The notes beneath the pieces were generated by a model that had not been told where the DNA came from, made no database searches, and worked only from the letters and a program-made list of their open reading frames with translations. Positions 11,723 through 24,384 of a stretch of 41,731 bases of DNA are shown here, in pieces. How positions within the stretch are numbered: the stretch's first letter is position 1; each line of letters begins with the position of its first letter. Source of the stretch: Welwitschia mirabilis (lineage: Eukaryota); contig JBOZIK010000001.1 of the NCBI GenBank assembly GCA_051453625.1, forward strand, positions 39,378,422-39,420,152, read 5' to 3'. The translations under genes were made by a program, and so were the position numbers.

Positions 11723-12148
11723 CTTTCTGTGCCTCTCATGTCTTCTCTTCTCTTCTCTTCATCTTCTTGTTTCACTCCTTCTTCCTATCCGACCTGTTAT
11801 ACTTTCAATGATGACAAAGGGGGAGAATATTTTATGTACTTATATTGAAATCACTTTTGTATGAATGCTTAAGTTTTTGATATAACAATTCCTTCTGTGC
11901 CTATTATAATTTTTTTACACAAATATCTCATATACGCATGTATATTTATATTTGCTTCAAATATGGTCTATTATCTAACATGGCAATTATCTTTTTAATT
12001 TTTTTAAGCTAATTATTCTAGACATGTATACATATAATTATTTATATCAAGATCAATGAACAGGTGACAACATTCAAATCAAATGATGAACTAAGGGGGA
12101 GCATATTTCTTGTCTCACGCAAATTGCCATCATTGAAAAGGGCGAGAT

Positions 12149-13393
12149 TGTTGGTAAGGCATGTTTTAATGATGAACAATGGAAGCAGAACCAGGAACTA
12201 AATCTCAGCTGAAGATCTTGTTGCGCAAAGTAAAAGAATCAAGCCAAATCAAATCAATACTGGGACATCCGCCCTTCATCCAGGGACGTCTAGACCTGTG
12301 CTTGGAAAATAGCGCTAGGATGTCCGCCCTTCAACCCGGGACATTCGAGCCTGTGTTCTGTCAAAAGTAGTAGTGGGACGTCTAAATTTCAAACTGGGAC
12401 GTCCGACCCCTATCTTAGTTCTCCGTCAGAGGAATTTTAAAATTGGGACGCTCATCCTTTTTGAGAGGGACGTCTGGTTAGTTATCCGTTGCTACAGAAA
12501 AAGCTTTTAGATAAATGTTGGGCGTGAATTATGAAGCAAGAACGGCTAAGAGATGGCGCCTGATGGCACACTTATAAAAAATGACCTTCCTTAGGGTTCC
12601 TATTTATAAGTTTCTTATAAATGTAGTCCCTGAAATTGTTTTGAGGGAGCTAAACTATTGAAAATCATCTAAGTATCAAATCAATAGAAATACTCCTTCC
12701 TCTATGATTGTATGGTGAACTGAACTAGGAAATTCTGATCTTATCTGATTATATTTCATACTGATGAATCTGAGCATCTAAGACTTATTTCTCATCAGAC
12801 TTCATTCTGCTCTTCTTCTTTTGTGTTGCTCTGAAAGAGCAAGTTCTGTAACTTGAACCCTAGCTAGAGAGTGGTTGTACTAAAGAGATCTATTGACTAA
12901 GGGAGCCATGAGGCTGAAAGCTTGTGCTACCCCTTGAGAGTGAAATAGGCTTGGAGAGCTGAACCACTATAAAATCTGGTGCTTTTCTTTTTGTGCCTTA
13001 TTTATTTTGATTGCAGTATCTATTGGGTATGCGGTCTCCATTTATGATGGGCTCCAGTTTCCACCTACGTCATGGCTTTTGGTGTGATGGTAAAGGGCCA
13101 ACAATTGGTATCAAAGCCATGGTGGTTGGTTGGTCTCAGGTTCGAGTCTCCTAGATAGCTGCCTAGTTTATGGGAGTACTTGGCATGTGGATCGAGGGGG
13201 AGATTGTTAGGTATGCGGTCCCCATGCCTAACCCGACACGTGGGTAAATATGATGGGCTCCAGTTTCCATCTAAGTCATGGCTTTTGGTGTAATGGTAAA
13301 GGGCCCCACAGTACCTACTAGTTTTATTTCAGAATTTCATTTAAGTTTAAAAATGCTATTCATCCCCTCTCTAGGGTGTTTTTGATCCCAATG
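12149..13393 (+). repeat. Element A 3' LTR, containing a TRIM insertion
   Basis: TGTTGG start after the PPT, GACGTC pairs at 12264-12474, a TATA-like region near 12600-12620, and the end CTATTCATCCCCTCTCTAGGGTG...GATCCCAA(TG). Confidence 0.85.
13021..13310 (+). mobile_element. TRIM (terminal-repeat retrotransposon in miniature), 290 bp
   Basis: Direct repeats at 13021-13103 and 13205-13310, PBS TGGTATCAAAGCC at 13106, PPT GAGGGGGAGAT before the second repeat, and TSD GTATC/GTACC. Confidence 0.92.
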
Positions 13394-14427
13394 GTTACAA
13401 CAAATTCCAAAAAAAAAAAGAAAATCAAAACAACTCTTCTGTTAAAGATTCTTCATTAGAAAGTTTTGGGAGAGATTAGGAGCGTTGAAGGTTTGGAGAG
13501 AAAATAATAGCGATAGCATGTGGAAAAAAGGATTTAATTCTTTAGTTAAAAAGGACGCGACCCATTAGATATTCCTTCTTTCTTGTTCCTCTTTTGCAAA
13601 ATTAGGGTCTTGTTAGTTTTTAAGACTGATTTATGGGCAAATGTTAAAACGTGATGTGTAGTTTGGGCTTAGTTTTAACTAAAATTTGGGCTTTGATATT
13701 TTATTTTATTTGTTATATACACTCCTTTTTACTTTGTGTTTTTTTAAATCTTTTTTGCTCCCGTAAGGGAGATATTGGGTCTAAGAGATATCAAGTCCGA
13801 GGGGGATACTCGACCCAAAGAAGGATTGGGGTGAGGATCATGGGATTTTTAGGATTAGGTGGGATTCGCGGAATAGGCAAAGGATTTGTGGTCGCTGAGG
13901 CATGACTTATGATGTCACATTTATTTAGGAACATCAAACTTTGATCTTAAAACAATCATTTCTATATCATTCCTATCTTTTCCATGCCTTTTGTTCTCCT
14001 CCTAGTTTATTGACTGCCTTGATCTCCCATTGCTAAGGTTTCTAGCACTGTTTATTCACATTCTTGAGGTTGCAGTTTTGGCATGAAGGATTTTTGTTGA
14101 GCATCGCATCACTTCCTACAAAAGGCTTCAAATTGAAAGCAACATCCAAAAAAGGGGTGAAAACATCACCATGGAACACCACCTTAGCAGCATCAACACC
14201 CATCTCTGAACATATTTGCATTAACCTTACTGCAATTGCAAAATGCTTTTGGATATTGAGTTTTGATATCCCACTACATCAAATACTGGCAAATCTGATA
14301 CTCCAAATTGGCTACTCCACAAAATCATTGCAATTTTAATACTTTATCTCTTTCTATCTCTCTCATGTACGTAGGTTGCATCTTGTATAGTGAAAGGCCA
14401 TTGTAAAATGGAAACTCCCTAGCTTTA

Positions 14428-14439
14428 CCTCTGATACCA
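14428..14439 (-). promoter_or_regulatory. PBS-Met of another highly degraded LTR element (putative LTR to the right, internal region to the left)
   Basis: Minus strand TGGTATCAGAGG adjoins a mutated ...CTTCG(A) LTR-like end. The internal region was not identifiable. Confidence 0.45.
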
Positions 14440-15529
14440 ATCGAAGAATACAACACGGTAGCATTGTTGTAAAATGAACTTTAAAAAAAAATCATTGTGA
14501 GCATTAATGAAAACTAAATAATAATGAAATCATACAAATAAATTATAAAGAAAGCTACTTAAGAAACAAAGGAAGCCCCACCTCAAGCCAAAGTGGGGCA
14601 ACTGGTTATGCAATGGTTCATTAATAATTCTTTGCTTTTATACAACTCTTTGACTCTATCAACTCACAACTAGTTTATGGTGAACTAACCATCTCATCAC
14701 CTCTTTTCTTTATGATTCTTTAAACATGTGATTACCCTATTACATTTTCTCTCAATATTTTTAATCATTCAGTTATGACACCTTAAATGTTGGCATTGCT
14801 CGAACCAAAATAATCCAACATTTTTGACACTATTATCGAGTTTCTAGGGACTTATTTTAGGTGATCTTTATGAGGAATAAAGTTACATGCATTATTTGTG
14901 TCTTATTGGGAGATTATTTGTTATAATCTTAAGTTGACTTTTGGGAAAGGTGCAAAAGGAGAGGTACATAAGAAGAAAGGAAGACTCACTTACAAATCCT
15001 CCAAGTGGAGATTCATGCCTATCTCTCTAGAGAGGAGGAAAAGTAAAGGCATGAAGAAATGAATTTGTAAATGAAGATAGGCTTTTACACTATTGCTTGC
15101 TTTTGTATGAAGGTGAATTAGATATGTTACTACTGTCTCATGCATGAAGGAATGCATGATTGTAAGTTTGATTTATAACTAAATTTTGGATTGGATTTAA
15201 AACAATTTGACAACTAATTTGTTGTTGTTATTCTTCATTATTGTGGTTGATTCTCTTATGTATGATTCATGGTTTCAGCATGTCATAATTATGCTAACTA
15301 ATAACAATTTTGTGAAGAAAAACAAAATTAATAATGTCTTCACATAGATAAAATATGCTATACATTTCATAACTCTTGTTGCTAATTCACCTTTTAACTG
15401 ATCAAAATTAGAGCTCATTTCTTTAATGGCGAGTCTCTTGGATTGTTAACAAAATCAAGTTTGAGAAATTATAGCAGGGCCAAGACAAAATACCTAACAC
15501 TATTGTTTTAGGTAGAAATATAAAATTTA

Positions 15530-16232
15530 TATCACACTTTGGGAAAGTTTGTGGTGATTATTAGGAACAAAATTGTACTTCTCTTTAACATACTCGGAAC
15601 AAAGCAATGGCTAGACAAAAGTGGTGAATTGGAGCATTGGAAACTTGCTTTGTTCCTTGTGTAATGAAAATATGCTAAGTTTGCATGCAACAACTCTATT
15701 AATAAGAGCACAATGGAAAAAGCCATTTCTAGCAGTGTACAATTGCACCTACAAACATTCACTTTGGTTGAAAAGGTGGAAGTTCCACTAGAAAGGGTTA
15801 ACGAATTTGCAACCAAAATTGCAAATCTACACAAGTATGTGCAAAGACAATTTGGAAGTAAAATTTGAAGATCAAGGAAAGAATGGATTAGTAAAGGTAG
15901 CGTGTAGAGTTTGAAGAAACTGATTTAGTGTTGACGCACATTTGGAATGAGAGGTTTCTAGTAGGGACTTAAAGCATAGGAATATTGAGCTATGTACTAC
16001 TGTCGAAGAGATTTCTTCAAATGCATGCAAATTCGAACTTCTCAAGGCATTGAGATTTCTTCAACTTTTAATGTTGTAGATTTGTTTATGTATCATGGCG
16101 AGGTGGAGGATAGTGACACATGGATTAATGAGTTGTGAAAGATGGACAAAGGCAAGGAGAGAGTGTATGAATTACCAATCATTTTGGATGAGTGGGAGAG
16201 ATCTACAAGAGAAGCACTACAAAAAATACTGT
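15530..16232 (+). pseudogene. pol: Ty3/gypsy chromovirus integrase C-terminus with the start of a chromodomain-like tail
   Basis: LLGTKLYFS..Y..QSNG*TKVVNWSIGNLL, FACNNSINKST, ISSNACK.ELPQG.EISSTFNVVDL and ILDE..RST...YKKY motifs. Confidence 0.8.
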
Positions 16233-17025
16233 TGGACTCCAACTCGACCCCCAAATGCTGGGGAACCCCTTTTTCAACTTTGCTTAGCCTTCTTTTCTAG
16301 CTAGTCCCTCATTCCACCTCATCTCCCCCTCTCTCCCCTTTCTCCTCGTTTCTCCCCTTCCTTTCTTCCTTATTCTCCCCTCCTCTTTCCTTTTTCCTCT
16401 TTCCCTCAACTTAGGTCTTGGGTTTTGCATGGAATTCATTACAGGTCTTGGGTCTTGCTCTCTCGCTTAGCTTTGGTCTCTAGTTCAACCTCGTGATCCA
16501 GTGCCAGAGTCCGACAATGACTTCAACTCTTGCGATTCTACGTTTTGCCTTCAATCGGGGTCTCCAACCTCCTCATCTCACAACAAGAGACCCTCTAGCT
16601 ACCTCCTCCATCTAGGATCCCTCCTCAACCCCATTTCCTCCACTTCTCCATCACTTCTTCCCCTTTACCTTCTACCTCTATCCCATCCTCCCTCATTCTT
16701 CCCTTGACTCCCAACTTCCACACCCAAGGCATGGAATCCTCTCCAATTCCACGTCGAAGGTGTGGAATTCTTGTTCCATATTCCTTCCTCAGCTTTGATT
16801 AGATAACTACTTGTCTTAAGTAGCTCACAGGAGGAAGAATCAAATGATGACGTTGGACAGCTTGAATCTTCAATTTGGATCTCTAGCAAAGACGCCAGGC
16901 TAGCTCAGCACCTCAAATCCTCTAGNNNNNNNNNNNNNNNNNNNNNNNNNNNNNNNNNNNNNNNNNNNNNNNNNNNNNNNNNNNNNNNNNNNNNNNNNNN
17001 NNNNNNNNNNNNNNNNNNNNNNNNN

Positions 17026-17590
17026 GTTTGCATGCAACAACTCTATTAATAAGAGCACAATTGAAAAAGCCATTTCTAGTAGTGTACAATTGCACCTACA
17101 AACATTCACTTTGGTTGAAAAGGTGGAAGTTCCACCAAAAGTGGTAAATGAATTTGCAACCAAAATTGCAAATCTACCCAAGTATGTGCAAAGATAATTT
17201 GGGAAGTAAAATTTGAAGATCAAGGAAAGAATGGATTAGTAAAGGTAGTGTGTAGAGTTTGAAGAAAGTGATGTAGTGTTGACGCACATTTGGAACGAGA
17301 GGTTTCTAGTAGGAACTTAAAGCATAGGAATATTGAGTTATGTACTACTGTCGAAAAGATTTCTTTAAATGCATGCAAATTGGAACTTCCTCAAGGCATT
17401 GAGATTTCTTCAACTTTTAATGTTGTAGATTTGTTAATGTATCATGGCGAGTTGGAGGATGCTGACACATGGATTAATGATTTGTGAAAGATGGACAAAG
17501 GCAAGGAGAGAGAGTGTATGAATCATCAATCATTTTGGATGAGCGAGAGAGATCTACAAGAGAGAAGCACTACAAAAAATACTATTGGAC
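17026..17590 (+). pseudogene. pol: Duplicate of the chromovirus integrase fragment
   Basis: Colinear with 15679-16232. ORF-track segment KISLNACKLELPQGIEISSTFNVVDL. Confidence 0.8.
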
Positions 17591-19920
17591 TCCAACTTGA
17601 CCCCCAAATGCTGGGGGACCCCTTTTTCAACTCTGCTCAGCCTTCTTTTCTAGTTAGTCTCTCATTCTACCTCACCTCCCCCTCTCTCTCCTTTCTCTTC
17701 GTTTCTCCCCTTCCTTTCTTTCTTATTCTCCCCTCCTTTTTCCTTTTTCCTTTTTCCCTCAACTTAGGTCTTGGGTTTTGCATGGAATTCAATCCAGGTC
17801 TTGGGTTTTGCTCTCTCGCTTAGCTTTGGTCTCTAGTTCAACCTCGTGATCTAGTGTCAGAGTCCGACAATGACTTCAACTCTTGCGATTCTACGTTTTG
17901 CCTTCAATCGGGGTCTCCAACCTCCTTATCCCACAGGAAGAGATCCTCTAGCTGCCTCCTCCATCTAGGATCCCTCCTCAACCCCATTTCCTCCACTTCT
18001 CCATTACTTCTTCCCCTTTACCTTCTACCTTTATCCCATCCTCCCTCATTCTTCCCTTGAATCCCAACTTCCACATCCAACGTATGGAATCCTCTCCAAT
18101 TCCACGCCGAAGATGTGGAATTCTTGTTCCATATTCCTTCCTCAGCTTTGATTAGATAACTACTAGTCTTAAGAAGCTCACAGGATGAAGAATCAGATGA
18201 TGACATTATAGCTTGAATCTTCAATTTGGATCTCTAGCAAAGACGCCAGGCTAGCTCAACACCTCAAATCCTCTAGAGGCCCACTTTTTCACCTTGTGAA
18301 AATCCCCCTTCTACCCTTTCTCTCTCATTTCCCTCTTATTCTTTTCTCTTTCCTCCCTTTCCCTTCCTTCTTCCCTCTTTTTACCTTCTTCTCCTTTCCT
18401 TCATAACTTACCTGCCTAGATTCCACATCCAAGGTGCAGAATCCAAACCAATTCCATGCCGATGACATGAAATCTAGACTAATTCCAAGTCCAGTGCGTG
18501 GAATTCCAGAAGATCTTTCCCCTACACCCTCCTTTGTCTTCTTGTTCCACTCCCTCTCTGTAGAACTTAGTTTCTGTAATCTCCTACATAACATCTCTTC
18601 GATTAGTATCCTTCCTAAGCTGTTTTACTCTCACAGATGTAGTTCTTCAGACAAGGTCATCCTTCTTCAACTCTTTGCCTGCCTTTCTTCATTGAGGGCA
18701 TCATTATTCAGTACACACCATTACTTCAACTTCAAAAGAGTCCTAAGGTTTCATCAAATGCTTAGGACATGCTAGAGTCAAGCCAGCCTACCCGTGACAT
18801 TACACCACAGGGTGAGTACCAGCGTGCTGCCTAGTTAGGTGGGCATTGTTCTGGTGGAGTGATTCTCTCTAGCTTAAGGATGATGAGGACCACTAGACAA
18901 CAAGGAGTTGCTATTCGGGTCCCCTTTCCATCATCATATCCCCTTCTTGTTCTTCCATGTCACTCTCGCTTCTTTTCCAATCCTTTAAGAGGTACTCTTT
19001 TCCTTTCTCTCCCACTTGTAGGTCTCTGCATCTGGGAGACCTCCTTTATGTCTCCTCTATATTCCCTTGTTATCCTTTAGTATTGTAAAAGTCATTTATA
19101 GCACTAGAGCTCCCTTCCTCGTATACTGGATAGTAATTTCGCCTTCAAGACTCTCAGGTAGCTGGTGACTTCTCCTTCTCAGCAAGGAAGACTTATGAAA
19201 ACAACAAAAGGGGCTTCTATTAACTGCACATCTTTAGTGATTCTAATGCTTTCTCATCAAGTTTTGTAATCTATTGTTTTCAGCTCTCTGTTTCTATAGT
19301 GTAACGGTCCTTCCTTCTTCTCGCTTGGAAAGACCTATTTATACCCCTCTCCTCTCTATTTCAAGAGGGAGGGATGTTTTCAGAAGGACAACCTTTTTTT
19401 TAAAACTTTTCTCATTACTTTATTACTTACTATCTATAGGCACAATAGAGAATATAGAGGCCCTTTACTCAGGTGACCTCCATTGTTAGGGGGAGAGGGA
19501 TCCTTCATCTTCTATAGAGGAAGAACACCCCTTTGTTGTACACTTTCTCATCCCCTTTTCTAAAGAACTACACCCATCTAGTTACAGCCTTGGGAGGAGA
19601 CCTGATTGGAACCTCTAATCCCATAGCCAAAACTTGTTTCATACTCCTCAATTAGCACCTTGAACAACTTGAGGATACCTCCTTCCTTAGGAAGTCCTCC
19701 TCCCATTTCATACTTTTCATTTCCTATTTTCTTTTCTTTTTTAACCCATCGTAGTACCTGTGAAGTTCTACACACTAGGCATAGCCCATGCTTTAACCCT
19801 ATTCCTCAGTTACTCTGTACTTTGAGGGAAATCATATTGAGTACCTAATTTCTAGCCGCCCTCTAAGACAAGTCCATGACCTCACCTTGGAAAGTGGATG
19901 TTGTTGTCCTTTCCAAGCCT

Positions 19921-20155
19921 AGGGAATGGAATTTGCATCAACAAATGGAAGATGCAAATTGGATGTTAGAAAAGGAATATCTACAGCTTGAATATGATAT
20001 AGGGGAGCAATACTAGGTAATTCATCTTCAAGTAGGAACATAATGATCCAATATCATTGTTGTACAAAGAATAGAAACTTCGTTGCTTAAGCTTGAAAAG
20101 AATTTAATGAATAGGAGAGAACTTCAATAGAGAGAAGAAACATTCCACCAAAATA
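19921..20155 (+). pseudogene. Possible L1 LINE ORF2 fragment (endonuclease-RT linker)
   Basis: Degenerate REWN...ELQ*REETFHQ resembles the L1 LKEWN...EE.FW.Q pattern. Weak support. Confidence 0.3.
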
Positions 20156-22449
20156 AATGTAATCTTTATTAAATCATCATTTAAAAAAAAAAATTTCCAA
20201 CCATATGCAACACACAACTTAGAGGGTGGCCAGGCTTCATAGTCTAGCTAGAGGGTCTACCTTCAATGCCTTCTCTCTAAGACCACCAGGTGCCTAATCT
20301 AGGTTTCACAAGGATTACAATGGTATCTATTCTACTCTGTGCCTTGGTCAAGGCCATCTTTATCTTGTGTGCCAAAGGTTGTGAGTTACATTACATGCCT
20401 TTTTCGCAGTCGTCATATGCCTTGGGATGGAAGTTACTTGTCATCAAATTAGTACATTTAAAACATATTTAACAAATGACTCGACATTTGACAAAACATA
20501 ATGTGACTTAACAATTTTGACATGTTAATTGTTAGATTTGGTTTTGTCAATCCTTTATTATATGACTAATTGACATCTTCTCAAAATTAGACACATGGAA
20601 TGTGACAAGGTAAGGATAATGTAGGAGAATGCTTTGAAAAATAAACAAAATAATTTAATTCATTGGAAACTATGTTTCTTACCCATTTAAGCTTGAAATT
20701 TTAAGCTTTAAATTTATAGTTTCCAAGTTGGAAATTTGGGCTTAAAATATAAGGGTTCTTTTATGTCTATTTGTGATTGGGGGTCCCATTTTGTAGGCTA
20801 AATGGTGGGATTTCATGCCACAACCAACTGGAGTGTGATAGGCTCTATCTTCACTTTAGAGTGAGTTATTGCTCAAGCTGGATAAGAAATGAAGAAGTTA
20901 TGGTAAAATTAGTAAATGATCTTTTTGTGCAATTTCTAGAAATAGCATCTTGTAATATTTAGGTCTTAACTTAGCATGTTGTAAGTGAACTAAATTAGAT
21001 TTTCAAAGTTTGAAATAACCTTCTCCATGGCCTATAATTTAGAGGGTGTAGTAGGTATTTGCATCTCATCTTTAGAGAACTTGTATTTGCAGTTGGAAGC
21101 TTGTGATGGAAGAATGTTTTCAAGAAGCTCATGCTTGAGCAAATGTTGTAACCTTGTATTCTATATAAGTTTTTTCTTTGATAGAAAATTCATTCATTGA
21201 TTTGATTCCAATGTTACTGTTGTACTTTGGTTTCATACTCCCTAAGCTAGATCTTTAGTCTTCTGTTGTGTAACACTACATCATTATATCTATGGATAAA
21301 TTATGAATGTAATCTGCATGTTGATGAATGGTTAATTATTCACATTAATCACCAGAGGTATAGTTAGAGATTTTCAGTGTTCATAGTGTCATGTAACACC
21401 TGTTTTTTATTCTTGGGAGTAAATATGGAGTTTACGTTTCCAGTATTTTGCACACTTACATCCTTTGTGGGTGCCTCCTCTTCAACAGGCCCATCATTTA
21501 TTCCTATGTTATTCCCTTGACATAAATATTTGTATGCATGCCATTTATTAGGCAGAGATTTTTAACATATATTAACTTTTGGGACCAATCTTTGATAAGA
21601 CTTGTGTTGCCATGTATTATTGCTTCCTCTTAAGAGGCCACCTTGAAATGATCTTATAATCTACTCACCCAAGATTCCTATTTTTGTGATAGAAATTGGT
21701 TCTGAAAGGCGGCAAAGTAAGAAAGAGACATGGGTGAGATAATAGAAGGAAGCTGCCAAAATGAAGATAGAAGACTTTCATCAGGCATCCTTTCTCATGT
21801 TCTCAATTTGTGAGTTTCATTAACTTGATGCAATTTCAGCGAAAAGGATTTGGGGATAAAATGAACGCAATTGATGTTATGATGCTTTTGATATTTCTTT
21901 CGAGTTTTAACAGTTTTGTAAAATAAACATTTATATGTCATGTGCAGGAGAAATGAGATCACAAAGAGAACTGTATTGTGACCTTTTTGTCTCATGTTAG
22001 AATGGCTAAATATAGGCATTGAAAACTACTAAGGTTCCTACTTGCATTCTTGGATTCAGTGATATTTCTTGTTTAAAGATCTTTGGCATTTGGGGATTTA
22101 TTGTAGAAAATGACTATTATAAAAAAAGCTGCTTATTGATTTATATGGATTTAGTCAAACAATCATGCTTTGGGGTTCAGAAGAAATTCGTTGATGTGGA
22201 TTTTGTTGTTTTTTGAGAAGCTTGATTTTTTCCATGTGGACATCATACTAGCTTGGGAAGATATAACGGCTCATAATTTGAATTTAGATCATTTTTGTGA
22301 GTCTGAAATTGAACATTTCTGTAGATTGATTTGTGGGAAATTAGTAACCTATAAACAGAGGTTGACTGTTAGCCATTACACCAAATTAATTAAAAAAAAG
22401 AAAAAAGAAAAAGAAAAAGACGAGAAAAAGAGAACAAAAATTCACAAAC

Positions 22450-22765
22450 AATCAGTCCCAATTCTGTAGATGTGGTTTCTCGATTAGACATTGTCAACGT
22501 ACATTTCCTTCTTCTTGAGGCTTAGGAGCCAATATGCCTCTTCAATGGCTGGGAAAATCTGTCTTGTTTTAGAGGGCCTTGCTGGAAGGTTTTAAGGTGT
22601 TTGTAGATAGTGTGGATCCTTCCTCCACGGGATTGAGTGATTTGTTGTGTGGCAAATAACTAGGGGTAAGGTATGCAATGTATGCTAAACGACAGGGTTT
22701 CCCCTTTGATACACTCCATTTGATAAAGAAAAGTTATTTAATTAAAAAAATGTAGCAAAAAAAAG
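22450..22765 (+). mobile_element. Possible LINE 3' tail
   Basis: GT-rich UTR-like stretch ending in degraded poly(A) runs. No TSD was found. Confidence 0.2.
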
Positions 22766-23169
22766 GAGACAGAGTAAGGAGTTGAAAAAACCTTCCCATA
22801 GCTCGAGCCTTAGTAACTTATGGAGGGTTTAAAGGGTACACCCTAGGATGGCTCTAGGAATCCAAGAATAGCTAGGTGTCAGAACCGCTAATAAGGTGCC
22901 TCCCTGAAGCTGGTTTTCCGATAAACACTTTGTAGTTATTAAGGGAGTATGTAAAAATAAGAAAAGGGGTTTATCACTAGGGTGATAGCTTTCTTCCTAA
23001 AGAAACAAAGAATAATAAACTTCTATGGATACCTCTAAGTAAAGCCTAGAAGGCAAGGGAATAAAGTAATATATTAGGACATCAAAAGTACTTAAAGAGT
23101 GGGTGATTGAAGGCCAAAAGGGACAAATACTTTATTATCTCAAAAAATAATACCATACAAATAATTTCA

Positions 23170-23950
23170 TCCTTCCTTTCATAACTTGCTCCAACAGTTA
23201 TGTATTCGACCTTCGCAGTTGAGAGAGAATTTCTTTTTTAAACTTGCCCACTAGACCAAACAACCACCAAAAAGTAGCATGTTCCACTTGTGCTCTTTGG
23301 ATCTTCCACGCAGCCTACCCACTTTTCATGATGATACCTTAAATAATCAAGTTTAGTATCATCAGAGGAACATAGACCGAAATATATTATTGACTTGAGT
23401 AATCTCAATACTGTTTTTGCTGTTATGAAGTGAAATTCTTTTGGATTGGATAGGTAACAAGCACAAATATACTAACCATTATTTCTGGCCTACTTGCCGT
23501 AAAGCAAAGTAAACTACCAATCATACCTCAGTATAGATTTTACTCAACACTTTGACTTGATGTATCCAGTTCAATTTTGCATTGGTAGGCACAGGAGTAG
23601 TAATACTTTTACAGGTTTCTGTTCTGAATTTCTTTAAGGCCTTCTCCAAGTATTTGCTTTGAGATATGGGCATGCCTTCTAATCTGGCAATAGGTGCAGA
23701 AATCTCACCACAAGTACTTGGCTGTTGCGAATAGCCTTGTGCAACCAGTCAGGCTCTGTTTTATACCACGTTTTTAAATTCATCCATCTTGTTCTTGTAA
23801 ATCCATTTTATTCCAATGATGTGTATTCATTTGTGAATTGTTATCAACTCTCACACTTCATTTCTTTTGAATTGATCTAGTTTAGCTTCGATAACTCTAG
23901 CCCAAGATTCATCCTTTTCAGCTTCTTTGATTGGGTCTACCCAGTGATGT
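23170..23950 (-). pseudogene. pol: SIRE element F RT/RNase H remnant with an internal deletion
   Basis: IIGIKWIYKNKMDE...RA*LVAQGYSQ, APIARLE, YGMIGSLLCFTASRP, WVGCVEDPKSTSGTC and SLSTAKVEYI motifs. The YVDD region is absent. Confidence 0.85.
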
Positions 23951-24384
23951 AAATGTTAGCAATTAGTTTATGTCGGCAGCTTGAAAAAGTCGTGTCAGGG
24001 AGACATGTCATCGGGTTGGCACAAAATGTTGGTACAAATTGTCAATAACTGCTTCCTATTTAAAATTTGAGGGAACATAAATTTTATAATATTTATAAAC
24101 TCCACGAGCTAAAAACGGTTAAAAATAAGCAACCCAAAAACCATTTGAACTACATAGACAATTAGAAAGCCAATTGTTATGTGGAAACATTATACATTGC
24201 ATACAATTTGTTGAACACTCTTGCAAATACATTTATGAATTTACGAAAAACATTAGAATTTGTGAAAAAAACATATGTTATTAAAATGTTCAAACCATAA
24301 TAACACAAATTATTCTTTGCATAATAATGTGGAAAAAGGCATGTAACAAGAACAACATAAAGTGTATAATATTAGATAAGTGTC

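Larger units (their letters stand above)
10121..13393 (+). mobile_element. Element A 3' part: RNase H end, spacer, extra ORF, multi-PPT region and 3' LTR
   Basis: Removing B restores FRNKLGIGINSLSV*. PPT-like tracts at ~11815, ~12094 and 12135-12148. Confidence 0.88.

Noticed and set aside
13400-13910. GC-richer stretch ending GAGGCATGAC, resembling a gypsy LTR end or MITE
   Set aside because: No partner terminus, PBS/PPT or TSD was found.
16233-19900. Pyrimidine-rich region with many short S/P/L/F-rich ORFs, possibly a Tat/Ogre-type remnant on the minus strand
   Set aside because: The ORFs reflect compositional bias, and no diagnostic motif could be read confidently.
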